Source of the DNA: Octopus sinensis
Taxonomy: Eukaryota
Length of the DNA: 64,000 bases
Assembly (NCBI RefSeq): GCF_006345805.1
Contig: NC_043000.1
Coordinates: 157,232,001 to 157,296,000 of the forward strand
Direction: 5' to 3'
A program made the translations under genes and the position numbers. Below, piece after piece: positions 53,410-64,000 of the stretch. Below the pieces are notes generated by a model that had not been told where the DNA came from, searched no databases, and saw only the letters and a list, made by a program, of their open reading frames with translations. Every line of letters starts with the position of its first letter. Within the stretch, counting starts at the first letter, position 1.

Positions 53410-54309
53410 TATAATTAATATATATATGTAGTATCTATAGATTTAATATATAACTCTACAATATAGTGGACTAAATATCAATTAATAAAATACGTAATTA
53501 TCTTAAATTTAATACTACTTAAATACATATACCACCTAATAATTAAATAATATATTGTCTAACAAAATTAATTCTCAAATTAAATTAAATGTAATACGTT
53601 AGATCCCTTTATAAAAAATCTAAATAAACAGATATAATAATATCTATCGTAACTTATAACTATCAATATATATAAAAATGATATAATGGCGAAAATTATT
53701 TACTAATGGAAAGTAAGAAATATTTACGCCCCATAAATTAAAGAAAGGTGCAAATAAACAATACACTATGAAGATATTCAACCACAACCGACAGTCCACT
53801 ACAAATCTAGTCAATAACAACAATAATACTATTAACAATCAAACTCAAAATAATACAAGATCAAAATAATATTATTTTATGAGTAGCTGATTATGATGAA
53901 GGGGATATCTTCTACATTGTATGATACGACCGAGATTTTCTTTCACTGCGTCGAGGTTTCGAAGCGTCGTTATCTTTCTTATGCATAAAATATTTAGCAT
54001 AAATGTATGATATTCTTCGAAGTGGGATGTGATGTACCTTTCACTAGAAGAGGTCACTCTTTATTTTATTAATATTTCCAAGTTTGCAAAATATCCAACC
54101 ATGCATAACTTTCTAATGATACGATTAATGCTTCTCTCCCAAGTACGTCAATCCAGCCACGCCTGGACCACATAGAATAGCCTTTGCTCTCAGAGTTTCA
54201 GGAGATCTCTTACTGTTAAATCGCTAGATTTTACTGTTATGTATACAGGTGTTGTACTAATTTCTACTTTTACTGTTTAAATGATGTTCATTAGAGTGTA
54301 TGCATGTTA

Positions 54310-54456
<147 letters not shown>

Positions 54457-54654
54457 CGTCTTTAAACGTTGTGGTAGAGGTGAAGAAGAATTTTCCGAGG
54501 TCATTTAATCAGAGTGTTTCATATAAATTGTCGGAATTAAGTTTGAAATTAACACTTACAAATCCGGCACTTTGTATGCAACACCCCGATATAATTCAAT
54601 TTCATACTAGATAGCTTAACCGATACCAGTCTAATTAAAGGTTTAATTAACGAG

Positions 54655-55260
54655 GGAAATACAACACAGCATAACACAACACAAAACTGTGCAGCACCGT
54701 ACATAATATACCGTAGCTTAACACAACACTACACAGTACAATAACAAGTAAAAGTGTAACGACGCGCAACACAGCAGCTTAACTCAGGATCACAACAGCT
54801 TAACGCAGGATAAATACAATACACTGCAGCGTAAAATATTACTAAATTGCGTAGCACAACACTGCGTTAATTTGTGAAGCACAAAATAGGCATTATACGG
54901 AGTAATGCAACGTAAGACAGCGTAACACAGCACAACATAGCAGAAAATAGCGTAACACGGTCTAATGCAGTAAAACGACGTAACACAGTGTAACATAGTA
55001 GGACAAATAACACAGTATAAAAGAGCGCAAGACTATGCAACATAACATAACACATAGCAACAGTATGAAGCACCGTGCGGCAGAACATGATACATTATAA
55101 AATTAAGTAACTCAGCGCAACATTAAGTAGCACATTATAACTGCGTAGCATATTATAACTGCGAAGCACATTGCAGCATAGCATGGCATAAGAAAACGAT
55201 TTGCAACATAGTTTGACTCAGAATAGCGATGTGCAAAATTGCACAATAAATTATAACACT
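54655..55260. repeat. Highly degenerate ~5-nt-period (CAACA/CATAA-like) repeat
   Basis: Recurrent acaac/ataac/gcaac/gtaac words with strong A/C skew. Confidence 0.6.
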
Positions 55261-55513
55261 ATGCAACACATCGTTGCAAAGTACGGCATAAAACTTTGTG
55301 ATTCAGTGCAACAATATATAGTAAAGGAAATTGTGCAGCAATGCGCAAAATGGCGCTGTATATCACAGCTGTTGTGCGATTCGAATTTATCGAGAAAGAT
55401 GAGTAAAAGCTTGTTACTTTTATTCATCCAGCAAAATTTGCCCAACCCCCTTTAGCATAAATATTCGCACAATCGCGCACGCATTTGTGTGTGTGTGTGT
55501 GTGTGTGTGTGTT

Positions 55514-55553
<40 letters not shown>

Positions 55554-55864
55554 AACGATAATACTAATTAAAGAACGTAAAAAACTACAAAAGATTTTAT
55601 GTCTGCGCCAGTAGCACGACGCGGAATGAGTGTGGTGGTCGAGATAAGTTGTGAACGTTGAAGTCACAGAGGACGATTATGGTGGAGGGACGTGAAGTGG
55701 GATAGATGTCCTCAATGCAAGACAGGAGGTGGTCGAAAAGTTGTTATCGTTAAGTGTTCTGAGATCGGTAGAAGCAGCTGATCCAATGTTAAAGCAAATC
55801 TTTGTTGGCGGTGTCTACACGAGAGATTAACAAAAAAAATCATTCGACACATCGAATTATATAT

Positions 55865-56340
55865 CTTCTACCATTTACTTGTTTTCGTCACTTGACTGCG
55901 GCCATGCTGCAGCACCACCATGAGGTTTTAGTCGAATGTTTCGGCCCTAGTACTTATTTTTTTAAAGACTGGTACTCACTCTTCTTGATTTTTGCCGAAC
56001 CGCTAAGTTACGGGGACGTAAACACATCAGCATCAGTTGCCAAGCTAAGGTGGGAGACAAACACAGACACAAGCCACACACACACACACACACACGCACA
56101 CACACGAACATTGGTAGAAACAGATGAGCCAATGTGTGCTACACACACATACACACACACAAACATAGACAGACATATATACGACAGACCTCTTTCAATT
56201 TCCGACTACCAAATCCACTCACAAGGCTTTGGTCGACCCGAGGCTATAGTAAAAGAGACTTGCCTAAGGTGCCATGGTGTGGGGCCGAACCCAGAAACAT
56301 GTAGTTGGAAAGCAAGTTTCTTACATCACAGCCATATCTG
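55865..56340 (-). mobile_element. SINE family A, diverged
   Basis: Tail and head match the family; explains ORF 55802-56386. Confidence 0.75.
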
Positions 56341-57246
56341 CGGCTATATGATTGCATGGGAAGCACAATTATCATTAGGAAAATAACTTTATTAGCTTTC
56401 GCTTTGACAACTTCGCAAATGTGCAGTAAATGTTCAATATCAATTTAATTCATTTAAATTTTGCAATGATTTAAATTCATTTAAATGTTGCAATAAAACA
56501 GGGGTACCCAAGTTTTATTGCATAGTCTGTAGATAGCCTTACCAGCAGATTTCCAAATTATGTAACTCACTAATCATTAAGAATTTTGAAGCAAGAACAT
56601 ATAATTGTTCAGCATGCATTAAGGATCTTAAACACCTGGTTTAATCGGATTAATTAGTAAATACATCCTAAATCGTGTAACTGTCAAAAGCAGGAAAGCC
56701 ACAAACCGTCGACAATAATAACAATACTGCAGTCAGTCGGTTCCAGTAGTATTAACAACAAAAGGAATTGTTAGTTTATGCTTCCATCTTCAAACAATTA
56801 TTTATCAGTGCATTAACATTTGCTAATGAATATTACATCAGCAACCATAGAAATAATTATGCGTGCTAGAAAAGAATACTATTTCACCAAATGTAGGCAT
56901 ATTCACAAAGTTTTCCTATCTAATTTCAATTGACCGATGAATGCAGATTATAGATAAAATGCTTTAACCTTGAGCTGTGTGTGTGTTTACTGGTTGGCTA
57001 ACGATTAAAGAATACTTAATTTAAACCGCCATTCGAATAAAAGCCTCTCCAATCGAATGCATTAGAAGAATACTCAATTTAGCATATACCGTAGCTTAGC
57101 ACAACACTGCACCATACAATATAGTGAAAACCTCTCCAATCTCAGGCATTTGAAAAATACTCAATTTGATATAAAATGTAAAGTAATGGAAAATTAGCGA
57201 TATTTCATTACTTTAATATATATATTCACACAACGAAAATTTTTGA

Positions 57247-57261
57247 GTACACTCAACTTTG

Positions 57262-57293
<32 letters not shown>

Positions 57294-57308
57294 CAAAGTT
57301 GAGTGTAC
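57247..57308. repeat. Palindrome with 16-bp unique arms and a (TA)n centre
   Basis: GTACACTCAACTTTGA-(TA)n-TCAAAGTTGAGTGTAC. Confidence 0.9.
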
Positions 57309-57573
57309 CGGTGTATGTGTATGAGTCGCTGTACTCGCTGCATAGCTGCATACCCCACCAAAACACAGATGAACTGATGTCGCGAGTAATTCTCACACCA
57401 TCATCCAGATAGAGGCGCAACCAGCATCCTGTTCAAGTAAGCGGTCCTAGAAATACAAATGGGATATCCTACTGATGCTACCATATCAATATCCTTTACC
57501 AGCAACATCATGTGACCTACTACTCTCAAATAGCCATTCTGTCATTTGCTCCATTCTGTCATTTATGCCCCAC

Positions 57574-58330
57574 GATCTAGATTTTTCGAGGCACAGGTAA
57601 GATTTGATTTGATCTTAAACAAGATGAAATATTTAAGATCAAATGAAATTTCATCTGTGCCTCGGAAAATCTAATCTATGCCATTAATTGCTTAGGGTGT
57701 GGTAATAACTACATTAGCCAAACAGAAATATCACTCCGTCGAAGAACCACTCTCCAACCACAATATAGACAGATACAGGTTAGTGAACACATAGAAAGGT
57801 GTGCTAGGAATCTTAATCCTAATTACCTAATTTTCCCCTTCTATCAATGTTCGCAGAACACATCAGTACAACAAAGAATGAATAAAGAGGCAACTTTCAT
57901 CAATGAATATCTTCCCCAACTCAACATGAACACATAGCATAATACAGAACACTACTAACCTTTCAATTAATACCACCAACTCCCATACACCTCATACACC
58001 ATTCACATATAATTGGTCATTCCAAGCATAGAGTCTTGTAAAAGGTGTTATTCGAATAACACATTTTACAAGACTATACTGCGAATGACCAAATTATAAG
58101 CAACATTGGAACCCACACACAAGGTACAGGGAACATATATATATACACCATTCTGCTGAAATAATGAAACTACGGATACAATATCCTTACGTATCTCACT
58201 TCTATTTTCCTTCCTCCACTTCACTCTGCATTTCATATCTTCCCTATAGTAACTATTGCTTAACCATTTTCTCGCACCGTCTCTGATGACGGGATATATA
58301 TAAAATATCCCGGAAACAGCTGTAAGACCT
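57574..58330 (+). mobile_element. 5'-truncated Penelope-like element: inverted 5' end, GIY-YIG C-terminus, 3' hammerhead
   Basis: Stop-free frame ~57646-57937: NFICASENLIYAINCLGCGNNYISQTEISLRRRT...VSEHIERC...IFPFY...KEATFINEYLPQLN. ~46-bp inverted repeat at 57574-57619/57632-57676. Confidence 0.85.
58279..58328 (+). ncRNA. Canonical minimal type-I hammerhead ribozyme, GUA site after 58324
   Basis: GTCT-CTGATGA-CGGGATAT atataaa ATATCCCG-GAAAC-AGCT-GTA-AGAC. All core nucleotides present; helix III ACAGCTGT. Confidence 0.85.
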
Positions 58331-58620
58331 TCTCTATATAAATGTTCTGAAATCTTTCATAGCCTTGGATTTTTAAATCTCTTTCTGTTAATTTTTTATA
58401 TATATGCATGCTAATATACGACCTACGTTGGACTCCTCATTCGTATAATCATCGAACCTAGAGCTTAACTATAGTCTTCCACGGCACTTACTCAGCATTA
58501 CCTGACACTTCAACCTTACAGGTAATATTCAGTATAATAATATTAGACCGAATTTCGTAATATATAACATATAATATAAATAATACAATAATATAATGTA
58601 TAAAAGTAAGTACTTGTACA

Positions 58621-58727
58621 TCGACTACGCGCGTTTCATGGCTGAATTAGGACTATATAAAATCATATAAGAAAACCATATCCAAGTTCATTAGAACGGA
58701 AAAATGATCAGTCACTCCTCAGGTCAA
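58621..58727 (-). ncRNA. Type-I hammerhead motif with a long helix II insert, GUA site
   Basis: Minus strand reads TTGAC-CTGAGGA-GTGACTGA...TCAGCCAT-GAAAC-GCGC-GTA-GTCGA; helix III ACGCGCGT. Confidence 0.72.
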
Positions 58728-59187
58728 ATTCCTAAAAAACCTAAAAGCTAAAAACTAAAAGTATAACTTACCTCATAATATGATAAGGAATAAAAAATAA
58801 GGAATAAAAAAAATATATATAAAGAAACAAAACCTGTAATGTAATTCCTGAGTTAAAGACATTAATATCATCAAAAGTTACGAACTAAAATATTCAAATA
58901 GAGTATTATTGTGAACATGATTAATTCATTATGGAGATTAATATTTTTATGATGAATTTTTTTTTGTATGGTATTCACTGAGATTTTAAAAGTATTTGCT
59001 CTTATATATTATATGATTGTAATAATCCTACTGTTCAATACTATATATTATTAAAATTTTAGACTAGTATTTTGTATGGTATGTCTCACAGCATGGTTTT
59101 GGACGGGTTCTTCATTGACTGACTTGTGGAATGGTGGTTCGTCTCTAAATTAGTTACATACATATATTATATATTATATATTATATG

Positions 59188-59226
<39 letters not shown>

Positions 59227-59929
59227 ACATATATATATATATATATGTATGTATATGTATATGAATACGTGTAAATAGTTGTGTATTTGTCTATGCGTAT
59301 CAAACTACAGAAAAGTGAAAATACTGAAGACAAGTTCTGATATAAAATATTTTAAGAAATATATACATAATGATAATACTGGTTCAGTGTCAAAGCTAGT
59401 GATGCAAGGCACAATTGACCAAAGGAACCACTGTACTTAAATAAAATGGAAGACAAACTCTACTCTAGTCAAATTGGAACGCTTAATACTGAGGTAACTA
59501 AACACTGAAAGTTCTTTTATGTGACAATTTACTTATCATTGTTTCATCCATAACTTTATAATGAATAACGATTTGTAAAATAGGCATACGACTATAAATT
59601 TAGTGAGCTGAGTTAACTTAATTGTCCCAGATACTTCACAGCTAAATTATTTTATCGTCTACGGAAAGATGGAAAACAAAGTTGACTGTGATGAGATTTG
59701 AAATCAAAGGCAAAGGTTTATGATAAATTTCCACTAGATATTTTATCTGTCACTCTTCTGATTTAACAAATTTACCATCTCATATTAATGTTTATTTTTA
59801 CATAGGCCCAACGCCCCAAATTTAAGGGAAGAGATACAGCCGATTAAATCAACCTCAGTTTATGACTGACGATTTAAGTTGTCGACCCTAGCAAGATGGA
59901 AATGTTAAGCTTACAAGCTGGCAGGAACA

Positions 59930-60080
59930 TTAACGCGCCGAATAAAATGCTGGGTCTTTACGTTCTGAGTTCAAATCCAGCCGAGGTCAACTTTTCTTTT
60001 CTTCTTTCGGGTCGATAATATAAAGTACAAGTCGAGTACTGAGATCAATGTAACTGACTTGCTTCCACTCCTAAAACTAC
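59930..60080 (+). mobile_element. SINE family B copy (decayed)
   Basis: TTACGTTCTGAGTTCAAATCCAGCCGAGGTCAAC. Confidence 0.6.
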
Positions 60081-60479
60081 TGAACTTGAATCTTTGAACG
60101 GATAAGTATCTCTTTCAGCAGTAATGTCATGACTGTGTTCACTCATACCCCATAAAAACCGAGTAACTGACCATATGAGTCCTTGGGGCTCGATAAAAAA
60201 GAGAAAATGGAATGGTGACCTATATCAGCGGAATTTGGAGTCAGAACGTATGTACCGCAACTTATTTTATCTACTGCTTTACTATTCATTTTTTGCACTT
60301 CTGATATTACAAATTTGCAGAAGGGATATTATAGATGGTATCAGTTCACGTTACTTTCTAATATTTATTTTACGATTGGTAGCGGAGGATTAAAAAAAAA
60401 ACGACCCGACTAGGATTCGAACACGTAACAAAATACTGCAAAGCATTTAAACCTTTCTACATTTTATGTCAGTCCACAT

Positions 60480-60690
60480 TCTTTATATATATTTCTTTAT
60501 TGCCCACAAGGGGCTAAACATAGAGAGGACAAACAAGGACAGACAAACTGGTACTTTATTTTATCGACTCCGAAAGGATGAAAGGCAAAGTCGACCTCGG
60601 CGGAATTTGAACTCAGAACGTAACGACAGACGAGATACCGCTAAGCGTTTCGCCCGGCGCTCTAACGTTTCTGCCAGCTCGCTGCCTTCC
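60480..60690 (-). mobile_element. SINE family B copy
   Basis: Reverse complement of 27322-27548 with an internal deletion. Confidence 0.78.
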
Positions 60691-60739
60691 ACATTCTTTA
60701 TATATCCGGATATGTCTTCAACAATAATATCTCTTTGCT

Positions 60740-60845
60740 AGAGTGGGCCATGGTGTCTCATATATGACTAAAAGACTTCACCAGGTGGTGCTATTAAGTT
60801 AGACATGGCCTGGGCCTATACTGGTCGAAACCTATCAAAGTTATC
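60740..60845 (+). mobile_element. Isolated CR1-type 3' terminus
   Basis: CAGGTGGTGCTATTAAG...ATGGCCTGG...TGGTCGAAAC matches 50535-50585. Confidence 0.55.
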
Positions 60846-61898
60846 AGAGTTATATCCTAATGATTGTAAGTCTTTTCTTGACAAAGAAACTTTGAACATT
60901 AAATAATAGACAATACTAGTAAGCTCGTTGGCTATGCTACATTGGGGGCAACATTCATAGAATTGATTTGCTTCTTGCAAGAATTTGCCTGAACACTACT
61001 AATGATGATTAATCAATGAACTCTATTAATCCTCTCAAATATATAATATAAAACTTAAACTTCAATCCTTTTTTATTTCGAAAATATTCAAACTTAAACC
61101 ATAAAATATATAATCATGCAATTTACTCCGCTTCCTAAAATTTCTGGTCTTGTGCCAAAACTTAAAACCATTATTATTACTGTTACAATACTATAATTTA
61201 TTGTGATACTATTACCTAGACTGTATGGACAGATAGTAACGAGCTGAGTAATAATTAATCTCCTTGTTTAACGACCCACTTCAAATTCAGGTTGTCATCT
61301 TTGGCGTTTCACTTGATCTTAATGTCGGTCAGTAAATTTAAAAAGAGAAAGGACTTTTCGCTCACTCTATAGGATACAAAAAATTTATTTCTTATTAGTG
61401 GGTGGCAGGGGTGGATAGACGTTTCTCAATGATGTTAGATACATAAATAATATGAAGAAGCTTTAGTATGAAACAGAAACCGGCATCATCGTCTTACAAC
61501 TATTTTTATAGTACGCACTAGAATATTAATGCTGATATTCTTGCTATAGATGGAAGCTTAGATTAAGCAATCAAATTGGACAAAATAGGAAGAGAAATAC
61601 AAAAGAAGTAAAAAACAGCGAGAAAAAGAGAGCTCTGTAAATATAGAGAGGATACGTCAGATGTAGAGAGAGGAAGAGTAGGATCAGATCTGAAGAAGAA
61701 AAAAGTCAATTCTCCTGGCACAGACAAACAACATCACTCTAAGAAAATCAGAAATGAAGATTTTTTTTTCAGAAAGCGAGCAAATGCTAAGTTTTCGATG
61801 TTTGCCTTGGGCATTCGAAATATTATTGAGAAAGAGGAAACAGCCAACGTGTGTATATAAATGTATATATGTTGCATTAATATATGCATCTATCTATC

Positions 61899-61991
<93 letters not shown>

Positions 61992-62089
61992 GCATGCATA
62001 AACGTATACTCATACACCAACCCATGTACAAATTCACATAAGCATATGTACATATATTTATAAGTACACACAGTAACACACACGTATGC

Positions 62090-62121
<32 letters not shown>

Positions 62122-62357
62122 GCCTGTGTGCGTGTGTGTGTGTATAAACACATGCATATAGATTAAGTAAATAAATTGAGATATATAGGAGGTAACAAGT
62201 GAAAAGAAAGATCCACTCAAACATAAATACACAGAAGCAAATACGTACGCACAACATTTTTATAGATGCGCAGATATATTCTCATATGTATATGCACATA
62301 GATAAACATGGATACACTTATATATATATATATATATACGCATACATACATACATAC

Positions 62358-62444
<87 letters not shown>

Positions 62445-63286
62445 TATTATACATACATATATATATATATATACATACGTAGGTGCATACATATGCACAC
62501 ATACAAGGTAGACATCTATTGACCCTCTAAAAGTCAGCAACTATCAGAATACCCAACTGGTGCTATGTAAGATTTATTAGTTTAGGAAACAACTTTATAC
62601 CTTATATAAAATTTGATCTCTTCTTTTCCTTTCTTTTTATGGTTCGGTCTTATGTGTGTTAATTTTTTCTCTGCTTGTCTATTTATTTCTAGAATTCTCT
62701 AGAAAGTTGTTGAAAATATAAAACAACTTTAGGAATGTAACAGAAAAATAACCCCTTTCGCCCACAGATAAAATGAAAAAAAAATCTAGATTAAAAACTG
62801 CTTCGAAAACAAATAATAGAAAAGAAAAAATAGATGGGAATAATTTTATAAGAAAAAAAAGCTCAGGGGGGAATTTAGACCAATAAAATCATAGAAATAC
62901 GAAATGAGAAGACGTAAAAAAATAATTAAAAAATCCGATATGGAATCGAACCTAAAATTTGTATTATACTGTTGATGATTGTTGTGATGACGACAATAGC
63001 AATAAGATTATCATCTATGATACACATTTTGATATGATATTAACTGATGGATAAATATTTACACAGGACGAAATCCTTGGCAACCCTTAGAATCGTGATT
63101 TTTCTAAAGGAATTTGTATTGGATTGGATTGATGTTTGCATTGTTACTGTTGGGATTTACGTTGTTGTTGTTGTTGTTGTCGTCTGAGATAATGTTCGTG
63201 GTGTTTGTTTAAGAAGTCAGGGTGTGATTTGAGGAATACACACATATACACGTACACAAATAATATATATATATATATGTATGTAA

Positions 63287-63345
<59 letters not shown>

Positions 63346-63359
63346 ATATATCTATATAT

Positions 63360-63872
63360 ATCTATATATATAAAACTGTAGTTGTGTGAGTGTCTGTCCC
63401 CTTCGATTTAGATTCCTAACTACTCCCACATTTTGCGGTGCAGTTTAACCAAATTCGGGTAGCTTATAGTCGTGATTCATATCGAGCCCGTCTGAGTATT
63501 AGCGCGCGTCTACGATGAGTCTACGATTTTAAAAATAATTTAACATCATTTTTTATTCCATTTTAATGCATAATTTTTCGTGTGTCGATGGCGGCGGAGT
63601 TGGCGTCCATGGTCACACCTGCACCTGTTTGCTTCTCCCCCTTCTTTCCTCCCTCGTGAAGCTGTAGGGAAGGGAGTGTAAGGAAATCAACGTCGTAAAG
63701 CGTTGTCAAGGAGACCAGCGTTCTTTTAGAACAACGACTTCATGGCTTGAAGACACCAAAACAGAAATGGCTAAGAAAGCCCGAATTGGCATCTATAAGG
63801 GAAGTAACTCTCTAAAAATGCTTACATAGTTATTTCCCTTACAAACCCGAGCAACGCCGGGCGATACTGCTA

Positions 63873-63874
<2 letters not shown>
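63360..63874 (-). mobile_element. Helitron-like non-autonomous element, longer variant
   Basis: Same termini as the 25083 and 28850 copies, different interior. Confidence 0.55.
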
Positions 63875-63942
<68 letters not shown>

Positions 63943-64000
63943 TCATATATATGTATATATGTATATGCACACATATATGTATGCATATATATTATATATA

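Noticed and set aside
55802-56386. 194-aa ORF
   Set aside because: Antisense read-through of a family A SINE plus (CA)n.

Overview
This is eukaryotic, very AT-rich, microsatellite-dense non-coding DNA (intergenic or a giant intron). The repeat inventory looks like a coleoid cephalopod, probably Octopus; that assignment is inference from recalled repeat families, not a search. I find no intact protein-coding gene, rRNA, true tRNA or CRISPR array. Almost all ORFs in the supplied track are read-throughs of (TA)n, (CA)n, (TAGA)n or (AAT)n arrays, or pieces of decayed transposons. Recognisable elements: two Tx1/L1-type LINE remnants, three RTE-type pieces (one nested in another), CR1-type pieces, an R4/Dong-type remnant, a Penelope GIY-YIG 3' end, several Tc1/mariner, pogo/Tigger, hAT and piggyBac derivatives, Helitron-like non-autonomous elements, three tRNA-derived SINE families, a 58-bp purine-rich minisatellite and a 100-N gap. 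The most notable unannotated layer is about 13 minimal type-I hammerhead ribozyme motifs of the Penelope type, read by eye. Five keep the catalytic core (4249, 5093, 14143, 58279, 58621). They share a self-complementary helix III of differing sequence, and several have unusually long helix II inserts. Some sit in fold-back palindromes or in a 534-bp unit bounded by identical 127-bp direct repeats. A possible short host intron with a 6-12 nt microexon lies at about 49.7 kb. Repeat boundaries are approximate unless a TSD or TIR is quoted.
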